From: a virus
Virus genome (UHGV): UHGV-0229743
Reading direction: 5' to 3' (one strand)
DNA: 42,049 bases
Under the pieces are notes generated by a model. That model was not told the DNA's origin and made no database searches. It worked only from the letters and a program-made list of their open reading frames with translations. This document shows, one piece after another, positions 8,898 to 19,748 of this stretch (positions are counted from its first letter, which is position 1; every line of letters begins with the position of its first letter). Made by a program: the position numbers and the translations under genes.

Positions 8898-9350
8898 ATG
8901 TATACCGATACGATAACGCTTTTTAACCGAAAAGAAAACCGCAGCGGAGATATATGGTATCCCTCTATTTTACATAATGTAAACCTGAATGTGGATAAAG
9001 CGGAGATTATTGCAAAATACGGTGCAGAGAGCAAAGATGCATCAACGCTAAATGTCAAATATGCCGTTTCGGGAAACCAAAAAATAATCGGTGGCAAAGT
9101 ATGGCTTCCGCCTAAAGAGTGGGACGCACTGGTAGACCCGTCCGAGTGCTTAACATTTACCGCCGGCGAAGCTTTTGATTTTTTTTGGCTTGGAGAATGG
9201 GAAGGCACAGAGCCCATATACAGCGAAAACTATGCATGGAAAAACGGCTTTTACAATTACATGAACGACATGTATGATTTTGTGTTTGCAATCTCGTCAG
9301 TTGGCGGGCCTTACACAGTAATACCGCATTTTGAGATTTTGGGTAAATAA
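8898..9350 (+). CDS. Head closure / head-tail joining protein
   Basis: MYTDTITLFN…IPHFEILGK pattern; synteny. Confidence 0.65.
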   Translation: MYTDTITLFNRKENRSGDIWYPSILHNVNLNVDKAEIIAKYGAESKDASTLNVKYAVSGNQKIIGGKVWLPPKEWDALVDPSECLTFTAGEAFDFFWLGEWEGTEPIYSENYAWKNGFYNYMNDMYDFVFAISSVGGPYTVIPHFEILGK

Positions 9351-9353
9351 GAC

Positions 9354-9854
9354 ATGGCTAAAAAAAGCTTTAAAATCAAATCTCGAAGCAAACGGTCATG
9401 GAGCGGGCACGGAAAGCTTGTGTATAACATGAGTCTTGACATGGATACGGGAGAACTCGAAAAGCGTTTTGAACGTGCACAGTTGGCATTAGATCGCTCG
9501 GTCATGAACTCCATGGTTCCGTTTATGCCTATGCAGACCGGCACATTTATCAACATTACGCGGGCAATGAGCGAAGCAATAGCCGGAAGCGGTGCTGTTG
9601 TTGCCGCAGCGCCCCCGTATGGGCGCTTTTTGTACGAAGGCATGAACATGGTAGACCCGGAAACAGGGTCGACATACGCGCGTGCAGGCGCAAAGAAAGT
9701 GCTTGTCAGTCAGTATGGAGGAAAGACCAATGCACGTGAACGACTTGATTTTTCGCATGGAGCTCACCCGAAAGCGAAAAGCCATTGGTTTGACGCGGCA
9801 AAAAAAGAAGACGCAAGCGAATGGGTGCGCGTGGTAAAGGCTAATTTGAGGTGA
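9354..9854 (+). CDS. Neck / minor capsid (tail completion) protein
   Basis: MVPFMPMQTG, PYGRFLYEG and HWFDAAK motifs. Confidence 0.7.
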   Translation: MAKKSFKIKSRSKRSWSGHGKLVYNMSLDMDTGELEKRFERAQLALDRSVMNSMVPFMPMQTGTFINITRAMSEAIAGSGAVVAAAPPYGRFLYEGMNMVDPETGSTYARAGAKKVLVSQYGGKTNARERLDFSHGAHPKAKSHWFDAAKKEDASEWVRVVKANLR

Positions 9855-9858
9855 CGGC

Positions 9859-10368
9859 ATGACAAAAAGAGAAGCGGCGCAGCCTATCGGCGTTGATGCG
9901 ACCGGCTATAAAGTCCTGACGCGAGCGGTTTTGGAGTTGCTTGAATCGTTCCCGGGTTTGGGAGACAAAGAAATCAGATTTGAGGAGCTCGGCGCAAAGT
10001 CGGGAATCGCCTTTTCGGCAGACGCCGGAGCGCTTGTAATGTCCGAACGCCGAAGCATCACCGATCATGTGGTACAGACTTGCCAGTATCCCTTTTTTGT
10101 GGTATATCGCACCTCAAGCTCACGCGAATACCAAAAACTGTATGTACAGGATTTTATGGATACGCTCGGAAAGTGGCTTTGCAAAGAGCCTGCCGAAATC
10201 AATGGAGAGACTATCCGACTATACAATTATCCGAAACTGGCAGAGGGGCGCAGAATCACACGTATTACGCGCTCCAACTCGTACGGATTGACGCCGACAG
10301 AAGACGGCGTACAAGATTGGCTTATGCCAGTAATCGTAGAATACACAAACGAATTTGATATGTGGTAA
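9859..10368 (+). CDS. Tail terminator-like protein
   Basis: Synteny before the major tail protein; CQYPFFVVYR. Confidence 0.6.
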   Translation: MTKREAAQPIGVDATGYKVLTRAVLELLESFPGLGDKEIRFEELGAKSGIAFSADAGALVMSERRSITDHVVQTCQYPFFVVYRTSSSREYQKLYVQDFMDTLGKWLCKEPAEINGETIRLYNYPKLAEGRRITRITRSNSYGLTPTEDGVQDWLMPVIVEYTNEFDMW

Positions 10369-10391
10369 AGCACCACGGAAAGGACAAAAAA

Positions 10392-10898
10392 GTGAAAGCA
10401 GATAGAAAATATCTTGCGCATTATATTGATGCGACATTTGATGTGACTTATAAAGCGCCGGAATACGTACGCCTTGGCAAAGACCTTGAAGAGCTTGCAA
10501 TCGAGCTTAACCCGGATGTCGAAACAAAAAAGAATATTTTGGGCGAAAACACCGTGACGCATAACGGATATGAAGTGTCTGCCGATGCAGACCCTTACTA
10601 TTATGAGTACGACGATGCGCTCTCCCAGAAAATCTTGGACATCGCGCTCGGACGCTTGTCCGGCGACGAATGCAAAACGAGCTATGTTGATGTAGTCTTA
10701 AAGCCCGGTGAGAGCGATGATGCAGCGCCCACAGTGCTGCAGGCATGGCGTGAAGACGTGGTAGTTGTGCCGAATAGCTACGGCGGAGACACGTCCGGCG
10801 TACAGGTTCCGTTTACCCTTAATTTTGCCGGTAATCGCACAAAAGGCACGTTTGACCTCACAACCAAGAAGTTTACGGCAGCGTCTTCCGGTCTGTAA
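10392..10898 (+). CDS. Major tail (tube) protein
   Basis: GAAAGGA RBS before GTG 10392; LGKDLEELAIELNPDVETKKNILGE and SYGGD motifs. Confidence 0.8.
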   Translation: MKADRKYLAHYIDATFDVTYKAPEYVRLGKDLEELAIELNPDVETKKNILGENTVTHNGYEVSADADPYYYEYDDALSQKILDIALGRLSGDECKTSYVDVVLKPGESDDAAPTVLQAWREDVVVVPNSYGGDTSGVQVPFTLNFAGNRTKGTFDLTTKKFTAASSGL

Positions 10899-10920
10899 AA
10901 AATCATAAAAGCGGCAACAA

Positions 10921-10968
10921 ATGGAGGGCAGGGAAATTAAATACTTGCCCTCCATAGTTATATTTTTT
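10921..10968 (+). terminator. Hairpin/terminator after the major tail gene
   Basis: ATGGAGGGCAGG…CTTGCCCTCCAT. Confidence 0.5.
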
Positions 10969-10978
10969 GGAGGTATAC

Positions 10979-11419
10979 ATGGCAGCAAACAACAAAATCA
11001 TTACAAATCTGGGCGCGGATTTGATGAAGTTCACGTTCACCGACGAGGACGGCGACACATTTGCATATTTCCGTATGAACCCGGCAGACATCAAACTGTA
11101 TGATCGTTTGCGCAGCGTCGATAAAAAGGTCGAAGCAATTTCCGCGCAGTACAAAGACCAGGAAAGCACGGGAGAGCTTACGCTCGAGCTGAATAATGCG
11201 ATTGAGGACGTATTTTGCTATATTTTGGGTTATGACGTGCGCGAAAGTCTTTTTGGCTTTATGTCCGCAACGGCTATCCTTGCAGACGGCGAACCGTTTT
11301 ATATGCGTGTGCTTGACATCATGACCGCCGCCGTGGGCAAAGAAGTCGAAAAGCGCAGCAAGAAAATGGCAAAGAATATCGAGAAATATACGGAAAAATA
11401 CGCAAATGAACCTGTATGA
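10979..11419 (+). CDS. Tail assembly chaperone
   Basis: GGAGG RBS; position between the major tail and tape measure genes. Confidence 0.7.
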   Translation: MAANNKIITNLGADLMKFTFTDEDGDTFAYFRMNPADIKLYDRLRSVDKKVEAISAQYKDQESTGELTLELNNAIEDVFCYILGYDVRESLFGFMSATAILADGEPFYMRVLDIMTAAVGKEVEKRSKKMAKNIEKYTEKYANEPV

Positions 11420-11963
11420 TCTCCCGAAGAGCCTAACGGTAGAAGGAAAGCAATATCCGCTAAGGACGGATTTTCGCGCAGTATTGGACGTGCTGACGGC
11501 GTGCAATGACCCGGAGCTCGACGACGAAGCCAAAATGCTGGTGATGCTGAATATCCTGCTCCCTACATGGCAAAGCATACCGGAGGAGCATCTGGAAGAC
11601 GCCTGCAAAAAGCTCTGTGCGTTTATTGACTGCGGGCAGAAGGATGACGGGAAAGACAGCCCGCGCCTGATTGACTGGGAACACGATGCGGGGATTATTA
11701 TTCCGGCGGTCAATGCAGTAGCGCAGACAGAGGTGCGCGCCGTGAAAGACTTGCACTGGTGGACGTTTTTCGGGTACTTCATGAGCATTCGGGAGAGCCT
11801 ATTCTCGGAGGTGCTCAATATACGGAGTAAAAAAGCGAAGCATAAAAAGCTTGAAAAATGGGAGCGGGAGTTTTACAAGGAAAACCGCGCCATTATCGAC
11901 TTAAACGCTGTGGACGCAGAAGAAATACGCAAAGAAAAGGATAATATACTGAAATGGTTGTAA
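11406..11963 (+). CDS. A118 Gp15-like tail assembly protein
   Basis: LRTDFRAVL, DWEHD and LHWWTFFGYF motifs. Confidence 0.8.
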   Translation: MNLYDLPKSLTVEGKQYPLRTDFRAVLDVLTACNDPELDDEAKMLVMLNILLPTWQSIPEEHLEDACKKLCAFIDCGQKDDGKDSPRLIDWEHDAGIIIPAVNAVAQTEVRAVKDLHWWTFFGYFMSIRESLFSEVLNIRSKKAKHKKLEKWEREFYKENRAIIDLNAVDAEEIRKEKDNILKWL

Positions 11964-11979
11964 ACGAGGAGGTGAAAAC

Positions 11980-14900
11980 ATGGCACAAAATGCAGACGGC
12001 AGCGTTATCATTACTACAAGTATTGATACATCAAACATCACAACAGGCATCGCAGACGTAGAAAAGGAAATCGGGAGATTATCTTCGGGGTTTGAGGGGC
12101 TTAAAAACCAGATCGGTAAGTCAATGGACGCAGATTTCGCGTCTGCATTTACCTCGGATGTTGAAAAAGTCGAAAGCCAGATCAACGACTTACAAGACAA
12201 GCTAAAAAATATCGGAGACACGACGTTTAAGACGGATCAGTATCAGTCGATTGAAAACACGTATGATCAGGTCATCGCGAAAGCCGACGAGCTGCGGGCA
12301 AAGCTGAATTTGTTAAATCGTCAGGGCGTTTCCCCGGACACGCAGCGTTATAAATCCGTAAAAGCGGAGTACGACGCGACAGTTGTAAGCGTGGATAATT
12401 TACGTGCGGCATTGGACAGACTGGAAAGCTCCGGCGAAGCGTATGTGCCCGGTGTGGATACGTCGCAGTATGCGCAAGCGGGAGCGGAAATAGACCGATT
12501 ATCGCAAAAAATGGAAGACTTGAAACAGAAGTCATCTGAAATCAGCGGAAAATTTAAAGGCATCGGCACTACGATAGCTACGGCGATGCAGTCTCCGTTG
12601 CAAGCCGTTGGCAGAGTTTTAGGCGCTACAGTACAAAAAATCGGTCAAATAGGGTCTAAAGCTTTACAAGCGGGTAAAGCATTTGCACAGTGGTCAATCA
12701 ATCATATCGTATCCGGCTTGAAATCGGCAGCGTCCTGGCTTAAAAACATGGTGACGGGCGCAAATTCCATGGGCGGGAAATTCAGCAGCCTTGCATCAGA
12801 AGCAAAATCTTTCGCAGTGGGACTTCTGGGTGCACGCAGCATTTTTACAATTTTACAAAATGCCGTGAACGCGTACATGCAGCAGAATCAGCAGCTTTCC
12901 GCGACGCTGAGCAATGTTTGGGCAAACTTGGGCAGCTTGCTCGGCCCGATCATTGAGCGGATTATCAATTTGCTATCTACGGCGGTTTCCTACGTTACGC
13001 AGTTTTTCGGTTTGCTCGGTATCACGAGCAAAAAGGTTTCCAGCGCGATAGGCGGCGCAGGCAGCGCGGCAGCAGCCGAAACAAAAAAGCTCAAAAAGCA
13101 GCTCGCCTCTTTTGATGAGCTTAATGTGCTGCAGGACAACAGCTCCGGCGGTGGCGGCGGAGGCGGCGGTGGTGCAGGCGGAATTGGCGCTGACGGCGTC
13201 GCGGAAGTAAAATTGCCGGACTGGGCTAAAATCATGGCAGAGCAGCTCAAAAACGGCGAATGGGCGGAAGCGGCTACGACGCTTACAGATCAGCTTAACG
13301 CGATGGTCGCCAGTGTGGATTGGGCAGGAATAGGCGACAAAATCGGCTATTATCTCAATGGTGCGCTGACGTTTCTTGCAACGGCGATACTGGGTTTTGA
13401 CTGGTTCGCACTCGGTTCCGACATTGCAACGAGCTTAAATCATATTATCGACAATGTTGATTGGGGCAATTTAGGCATTGTTCTCGGCGCAAAATTTATC
13501 ATTCTCATTGAGGGGCTCGGCGGCCTGTTCTCCACGCTGAACTGGGCGGGGCTTGGTAAAGCTTTGTCAGATGCGTTTATGGGGCTTTGGAATGCGATAG
13601 ATTGGACGCAGGCAGCGAAGACGGTTTCCGATGGCGTTAAAGGTGTGTTTGATGCAATAGGGGCGGCAGCGGATAACATGGATTGGGGCAAGATTGGCAG
13701 AGATATTACCAGTGCTTTCCAGAATATCGATTGGGCAGGTGCAGCGCAGTCCATTTCTTCCGGCGTCATCAAAGTTATCAGTGGCGTAAGTGAGATGCTT
13801 CAAAGCATAAATTGGCAGCAAATCGGTAATGATATTGCTACATTTATCGGCACGATTGACTGGACCGGCTTGACGGTTTCGCTGTCAAGTGGCATCGGTG
13901 CAGCTCTCGCCGGCTTTCCGGCGTTGCTGTGGGGCTTTATCAAAGGCGCGTGGAACAGCGTCGTAGAATGGTGGAAAGCTACAGCATACAAAGACGGTGA
14001 GTTTACCATTGAAGGCCTGTTAAACGGGATTATAAACGGGGTTAAAAACATAGGATCATGGCTCATGTCAAATGTTGTAAATCCGTTTATTAACGGATTT
14101 AAAGCAGCTTTCGGTATTCATTCGCCGTCCACCGTGATGGAGGAACAGGGCAACTATGTCATTGAGGGCTTGCTGCAGGGCATCACAAACGCGTGGAAAG
14201 GAATTACCGAGTTTATCGGTAATTCGCTTACCAGTATCAAAAATACCATATCTGAAGCGTGGTCAAATGTAAAAAGCACCGCATCACAGAAATGGTCAGA
14301 GATTCGCAGTGCAGTTACAAGCACATGGGAAAGCCTGAAAAGTGGTGCTGCGGATAAATTTAACGCCCTTAAAACAAATGTGTTAAACGCATGGAACAGC
14401 ATCAAAAACTCTCCGGCGTGGCAAACAATTTCGTCCACTTTGAGCACAACGTGGACAAACATGAAAAACAAAGCTACGACAATATTTAGTGGCATGAAAA
14501 CGTCAATTGTAAATATCTTTAACGGCTTGAAAAATGCCATTAAATCGCCGGTAAATGCTATCATCGGATTTATAAATGGCATGATCTCCGGCATTGTAAG
14601 CGGCATCAACTCCGCTATCAGTGTCTTAAATCGTTTGCATATCTCCATACCGAGATGGGTGCCGGGCATTGGTGGAAGATCGCTGGGCTTTAATATCCCA
14701 CACGTTTATGCGCCGCAAATACCGTACTTGGCAAAGGGTGCAGTAATTCCGCCTAATGCACCGTTTATGGCAATGCTGGGCGATCAACGGCACGGAACGA
14801 ACGTCGAAGCTCCGCTTGAAACCATACAGGAAGCGGTAGCACTTGTTATGGACGGCATGACCGGCGGAATGATGGCCGGATTTGAAGCAGTAATAGCGAT

Positions 14901-15009
14901 TTTGAGAGAGATACTGGAAGCGGTTATGGGTATTGAAATCGGCGACGATGTAATTGCAAACGCAGTCAAAAATTATAATCGCAAAATGGCAGTCGTAAAC
15001 GGAGGTTAA
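11980..15009 (+). CDS. Tape measure protein
   Basis: 1009 aa; repeated DW motifs, FGIHSPS, Trp-periodic repeats, IPYLAKGAV. Confidence 0.92.
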   Translation: MAQNADGSVIITTSIDTSNITTGIADVEKEIGRLSSGFEGLKNQIGKSMDADFASAFTSDVEKVESQINDLQDKLKNIGDTTFKTDQYQSIENTYDQVIAKADELRAKLNLLNRQGVSPDTQRYKSVKAEYDATVVSVDNLRAALDRLESSGEAYVPGVDTSQYAQAGAEIDRLSQKMEDLKQKSSEISGKFKGIGTTIATAMQSPLQAVGRVLGATVQKIGQIGSKALQAGKAFAQWSINHIVSGLKSAASWLKNMVTGANSMGGKFSSLASEAKSFAVGLLGARSIFTILQNAVNAYMQQNQQLSATLSNVWANLGSLLGPIIERIINLLSTAVSYVTQFFGLLGITSKKVSSAIGGAGSAAAAETKKLKKQLASFDELNVLQDNSSGGGGGGGGGAGGIGADGVAEVKLPDWAKIMAEQLKNGEWAEAATTLTDQLNAMVASVDWAGIGDKIGYYLNGALTFLATAILGFDWFALGSDIATSLNHIIDNVDWGNLGIVLGAKFIILIEGLGGLFSTLNWAGLGKALSDAFMGLWNAIDWTQAAKTVSDGVKGVFDAIGAAADNMDWGKIGRDITSAFQNIDWAGAAQSISSGVIKVISGVSEMLQSINWQQIGNDIATFIGTIDWTGLTVSLSSGIGAALAGFPALLWGFIKGAWNSVVEWWKATAYKDGEFTIEGLLNGIINGVKNIGSWLMSNVVNPFINGFKAAFGIHSPSTVMEEQGNYVIEGLLQGITNAWKGITEFIGNSLTSIKNTISEAWSNVKSTASQKWSEIRSAVTSTWESLKSGAADKFNALKTNVLNAWNSIKNSPAWQTISSTLSTTWTNMKNKATTIFSGMKTSIVNIFNGLKNAIKSPVNAIIGFINGMISGIVSGINSAISVLNRLHISIPRWVPGIGGRSLGFNIPHVYAPQIPYLAKGAVIPPNAPFMAMLGDQRHGTNVEAPLETIQEAVALVMDGMTGGMMAGFEAVIAILREILEAVMGIEIGDDVIANAVKNYNRKMAVVNGG

Positions 15010-15012
15010 GGC

Positions 15013-15390
15013 ATGGGACGACCAAAAACAGATTTATTTAAGATCAACGGAAAACCCATGCTTGCCCCCGATAACGGCGTAGGATTTAGCTACGAAGACC
15101 TTGACGCGTCCGACAGCGGCAGAGACGAAAGCGGCGTCATGCACCGAATTGTGGTGCGTTACAAGGTGGGAAAATGGTCTTTTGAGTTTGGCAGTATATC
15201 GGAAGCGGATCGGCAATATATGGAAAGCTTATTTGCGGACAATGCAGAATTTGAGTTTACACACCCGGACAGAAATAACGCAGGGACTGCCGTAACGTCG
15301 CGGTGCTACCGCTCAAAATACGATTTGAGCTGGTACAATGCCAAAAAAGGCATGTGGCAAAACTATAAATTCAACATTGTAGAGTGTTAG
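15013..15390 (+). CDS. Distal tail-like protein
   Basis: Directly after the tape measure gene; DSGRDESGVMHR. Confidence 0.65.
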   Translation: MGRPKTDLFKINGKPMLAPDNGVGFSYEDLDASDSGRDESGVMHRIVVRYKVGKWSFEFGSISEADRQYMESLFADNAEFEFTHPDRNNAGTAVTSRCYRSKYDLSWYNAKKGMWQNYKFNIVEC

Positions 15391-15399
15391 AGGTGGAAA

Positions 15400-17064
15400 A
15401 TGTACACACATGTAATCGTATTGCCGGACGGAACAGAATTTTCCTCGGGAGCAGGGCAGACCAATGTTATTCGAAGCGTCGCGATAACGCAAAGCGTAAA
15501 CAGTGACACGGAATTGACATTAGGCTCGACGTGCTCGATGATGCTCGAAGCGCAGCTATTTACACCGAATGGTTGTGTAAATATCGATGTAGGTACTGAA
15601 ATCACGCTTTATCGCGTGAACGAAGCCGGAACGCGCGAAAAAATGGGACTGTTTACATTGGAAACGCCCTCGCGGCCCTCCGCAAATTGCTACAAAATCA
15701 CAGCATACGACCGTGTGAGCTGGCTCGATAAAGACTTGTCTAATTGGCTTGCAGCGCTGAATAGCTGGCCTTACAGATTAGATACTTTTGCAAAAATGAT
15801 TTGTGAAGCCTGCGGGTTGACGCTTGTTGAAAGCGAAATGCTGAACGGCGATTATATGGTGCAACAGTTTATCGGTGAGGGCGTAACAGGCCGCCAGCTT
15901 ATAAAATGGGTCGGCGAAGCTTGTGCGAAATTTTGCAGGGCGACACCGGATGGAGAAATTGAGTTTGCATGGTATAAAGAAACGGATTTGCAGATTGCAC
16001 CAAGCGGAGAGGTTTACTATTTTTCGGGTGGGCTCAAATACGAGGATTATAAAACAGCCCCCATTGAGCAAGTACAAATCCGACTTACGGAGGACGACAT
16101 CGGCGTTTGGTATCCGAAAAGCAGCGATGATCTTACAGTCTATGCAATTACAGCAAATTACCTGCTGACTGCAACGGAAAGCGCGACGTTGGAACCAATA
16201 GCACAGAACATTTACAACTTTGTAAAAGGCATAAGTTATAAGCCTTACGAGGTCAAAATCCCCGCAGGAACAGGCGTTTCCGCCGGTGACATTGTACATA
16301 TATCAGATTTAGGCGGTAATGTCATCACGGCTTACGTCATGTCACGCACGCAAAAGGGGCAAGCGGATACGTTGAAAGCAACCGGAAGCAATAGCAGAGG
16401 TAGCTCTACAGCCGTAAATGATGTGTCTATGGGTGCGCTGAACGCCCGCATGATGGAAATAAAAAAATCTATCGAAGGGTTAAATGTGAAAGCATCACAT
16501 TTAACAACAGCAATAGAAAACAACAAAAAAGACACAGATGAAAAAATCTCCGAAATAAATGTTGAAGCGGGTGAGATTAAAGCATCGGTGACGGAGACGC
16601 GCACCGAGCTGACGACCACCACCGAAAACGTGTATGACGCGCTGGGGCGTTTACAAGATACCGCAGTCTCTACGGAAGAGCTCGAAAGCGTTAAACAGCT
16701 GCTCATCACCCAGTGGAGCGATCAGCTCGAATACCGCTTTACGCAGGTGACAAATCTCATTGACAGCACCAACGGCACAATAGCGGAAAATCAGCGGCTT
16801 TTAGAGCAGTATATCCGCTTTGAAGGGGCGCGAATTACGCTCGGCCGCAGCGACAGCGCCATACAGGCGGTGCTCTCCAACGACCGGCTCGAATTCGTCG
16901 AAAACGGTCAAACCATTGCGTATATCTCCAATCGTATGCTTTATATCACGGATGCGCATATCACGGGCAGCTTGTCTTTCGGCAACGCGGACACGGGCTT
17001 GTATATGTGGCGTTATAACGCGGAGGCCGACACGTTTGATCTTGAGTTTGAGGGGGACGACTGA
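15400..17064 (+). CDS. Tail tip/hub protein
   Basis: ITAYDRVSWL motif; coiled-coil and C-terminal YIRFEG…LSNDRLEF…AYISN. Confidence 0.75.
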   Translation: MYTHVIVLPDGTEFSSGAGQTNVIRSVAITQSVNSDTELTLGSTCSMMLEAQLFTPNGCVNIDVGTEITLYRVNEAGTREKMGLFTLETPSRPSANCYKITAYDRVSWLDKDLSNWLAALNSWPYRLDTFAKMICEACGLTLVESEMLNGDYMVQQFIGEGVTGRQLIKWVGEACAKFCRATPDGEIEFAWYKETDLQIAPSGEVYYFSGGLKYEDYKTAPIEQVQIRLTEDDIGVWYPKSSDDLTVYAITANYLLTATESATLEPIAQNIYNFVKGISYKPYEVKIPAGTGVSAGDIVHISDLGGNVITAYVMSRTQKGQADTLKATGSNSRGSSTAVNDVSMGALNARMMEIKKSIEGLNVKASHLTTAIENNKKDTDEKISEINVEAGEIKASVTETRTELTTTTENVYDALGRLQDTAVSTEELESVKQLLITQWSDQLEYRFTQVTNLIDSTNGTIAENQRLLEQYIRFEGARITLGRSDSAIQAVLSNDRLEFVENGQTIAYISNRMLYITDAHITGSLSFGNADTGLYMWRYNAEADTFDLEFEGDD

Positions 17065-19349
17065 TGGGCAAAAACAGCTATAAAGCCCAGCTTAACTATT
17101 ATGACAGTAAGTGGGGCTGGAAAAGCGAGGGCACCGCCTCGCAAGGCCAGTGGGACGGCACAGGTGTGCGCACCGGCGTACTGTATTTTCCGGGCCTTGC
17201 AGCGCTCAAGGGCAAGATCATCAACGGCGTAAAGCTCACCGCGACGACCGGACAGACGGGCTACGGCACAGCGACCACCAAAACGGTATACATCTACAAC
17301 TCCGCCTCGCAGGGCGGCATTAAAACCTCGCTCAACGCAGGGCACCGCACAGGCAATGCGCTCGGCAGCTGTAAAGCGCCCATGTGGGATAATACCAAAA
17401 CGTTTGATGTTGCTTTCATGGCGGCATCTATCGCCGCCGGGTACGATACGTACTGCATCTACAATGGCAGCTCTTACACGGATTATCTCAAATGGACGGC
17501 TGTAACGCTTGAGGTGGATTGGCAGGAGCCCGCAACACAGCCGAGTTTGAGCGCCACAACCGTAGAAATGGGCAAGAGCGTGACGATCAACACGCCTGCG
17601 GTAAACAGCGCCTACAGGCACACACTGCGCTACGCGTTCGGCAGCGCATCCGGAACGATTGCCACGGGCATTGCAAGCAGCGTGAGCTGGACGCCGCCGG
17701 TGTCGCTCTCAAATCAAATACCGTCCGCCACGGCAGGCAGCGGTACAATCTATTGCGATACATATTCCGGCAGCACGCTCCTCGGCACAAAGTCCGTAAG
17801 CATCACGCTCACCGTCCCCGGCAGCGTAGTTCCGTCGGCGGGCACGCTTTCGGCAGCGCTCGCCGAAGACACGAGCGGCACGGGCTTATACGTAAAAGGC
17901 ATGGGCAAAGCAAAGCTGACGCTTTCGGGAGCATCCGGCGCATACGGAAGCAGCATCACCTCGTACACGATTACCGGCGGCGGATGGTCTGCCACAAATG
18001 GCGCATTGACAACCGGCACACTGGCCTCGGCGGGCAACATCACATTCACGGCGACCGTCACCGACTCCAGAGGGCGAAAAGCCAGCACTACGCGCACAAT
18101 CAGTGTCATAGACTACACAAAGCCCGGCGTAGCGGTGTGTAACGTGTACCGCTGCGATGCAGACGGCAACCGCAAAAAGGCAGGCACGTATTTTGCCGTG
18201 GAGATCAACGCGAGTTACAGTGCAATCACCGGCAACACTTTGAACATTACAGCTCGATACAAAAAGCAGTCCGAGAGCAGTTACGGCACCGCGGCGAACG
18301 TTACCAACAACGGCAAAACCGTGATCGGCGGCGGAAATATAGGCGCGTCCACCACCTACGACGTGCTCGTGACGGTGGCGGACAAGTATAACAGCTTATC
18401 TATTCCGCGCACTCTGTCTACAAAAAGTGTGTTGCAATCCTTCAAACGCAGCGCAGGGGCGGCCATCGGCAAAGTGGCCGAGCTCGCGAACTGGCTGGAC
18501 GTGGCGTGGGATACGCGGATTCGGGGCAATTTACAGGTGGACGGCACAATCTCGTCGGCAGATCAATACCGCATCAAGTGGCAGACTATCCCAGACGGCG
18601 CCGACCTTAATGATGAAACATATCGAATGCCGGGATATTATCGTTCTACTGATGGAAAGAACAATATCCTAAATGCCCCTCAATGGGTTCAAGGCGCATT
18701 TGAGATGGTTGTAACTGGCATTGCTGACGGAACCTATTGCACACAAACGGTGAAGGACTATAGAGATAACTATAGATATGTGCGAACGCAAACTACTTGG
18801 ACAACACCATGGAGTTGGACCAGTTGGACGTGGTACCTTATTCCTTCTGATTTAAATAGTTGTGCAAAATTGCAACAGCCAAATAACCTAATACATGCTG
18901 GAAATGAGTTTACGTTTGTGGCGCCAAACTTTAATAATGATCTTTGGTTAAATTACCGCACGGCCAGCGGAAGCACCGACGGCAATATTGGAACATACCT
19001 GTTTGGTAACGGCAAAGGCGATCTTGCCTATATCAAAGCCAATGGCATTTACGCCGACACGCTCGGATGGAAAACGTTGTGGAGCGGCAAGCTCACGTCC
19101 GGCAGCATCACAATCACAGGCGCTAAAAAGTACGCAGCTATCCTCGTGAGCGGGCATCCGGGTAGCGAGGCGTATCGCACGCACATTTGCTTGCCTACCG
19201 GCGGTATTGACGGCCAGATGGTAACAAACATGGTGTACATGTATTTTGTTACCACATACAGCGGAGATGACTGCACGATAACGCTAAAAAGCAATCCCAG
19301 CAACGGAAACATCGATTATGTCTGGGGCATTGTGCAGTGGAAGGGGTGA
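17064..19349 (+). CDS. Minor tail / tail fibre (DUF859-like) protein
   Basis: HTLRYAFG, ATVTDSRGR and YRCDADG motifs; knob-like C-terminal domains. Confidence 0.8.
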   Translation: MGKNSYKAQLNYYDSKWGWKSEGTASQGQWDGTGVRTGVLYFPGLAALKGKIINGVKLTATTGQTGYGTATTKTVYIYNSASQGGIKTSLNAGHRTGNALGSCKAPMWDNTKTFDVAFMAASIAAGYDTYCIYNGSSYTDYLKWTAVTLEVDWQEPATQPSLSATTVEMGKSVTINTPAVNSAYRHTLRYAFGSASGTIATGIASSVSWTPPVSLSNQIPSATAGSGTIYCDTYSGSTLLGTKSVSITLTVPGSVVPSAGTLSAALAEDTSGTGLYVKGMGKAKLTLSGASGAYGSSITSYTITGGGWSATNGALTTGTLASAGNITFTATVTDSRGRKASTTRTISVIDYTKPGVAVCNVYRCDADGNRKKAGTYFAVEINASYSAITGNTLNITARYKKQSESSYGTAANVTNNGKTVIGGGNIGASTTYDVLVTVADKYNSLSIPRTLSTKSVLQSFKRSAGAAIGKVAELANWLDVAWDTRIRGNLQVDGTISSADQYRIKWQTIPDGADLNDETYRMPGYYRSTDGKNNILNAPQWVQGAFEMVVTGIADGTYCTQTVKDYRDNYRYVRTQTTWTTPWSWTSWTWYLIPSDLNSCAKLQQPNNLIHAGNEFTFVAPNFNNDLWLNYRTASGSTDGNIGTYLFGNGKGDLAYIKANGIYADTLGWKTLWSGKLTSGSITITGAKKYAAILVSGHPGSEAYRTHICLPTGGIDGQMVTNMVYMYFVTTYSGDDCTITLKSNPSNGNIDYVWGIVQWKG

Positions 19350-19353
19350 GCAA

Positions 19354-19731
19354 ATGCAGATAATCTTAAACGATCAGGGCTATATCGAGAGTTATGCGCT
19401 CATCGGTGGGCTTGTAGACGGCATCGAGATAGAGGCGCCCGACGAGCTGTTGGAGGACTTTAAGCAGCACCCGGAGGCGTACAAACTTGAAGACGGTGTG
19501 CTCGTGCTCGATGCAGATAAGCTCAAGGCCGACGCGGATGCGGCGGAGCTAACCATTATTCGGCGGCGACGCGAAACCGAGTGCTTTGCGTACATCAATC
19601 GCGGCGAGCTGTGGTATAGCCTACTCACAGACGAGCAAAAAGCCGAGCTTGCAAACTGGTATCTCTCTTGGCTCGATGCGCCGGAGACGCGGGCAATCCC
19701 CGCACCGCCGGTGTGGCTGGATAAACTTTAA
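19354..19731 (+). CDS. Tail-fibre-associated hypothetical protein
   Basis: RRRRETECFAYINRGELWY; follows the fibre gene. Confidence 0.6.
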   Translation: MQIILNDQGYIESYALIGGLVDGIEIEAPDELLEDFKQHPEAYKLEDGVLVLDADKLKADADAAELTIIRRRRETECFAYINRGELWYSLLTDEQKAELANWYLSWLDAPETRAIPAPPVWLDKL

Positions 19732-19748
19732 ATTTTGAGGAGCAAAAA

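Noticed and set aside
11390..11419. Tail chaperone programmed frameshift
   Set aside because: No canonical slippery heptamer seen; the Gp15-like gene has its own ATG
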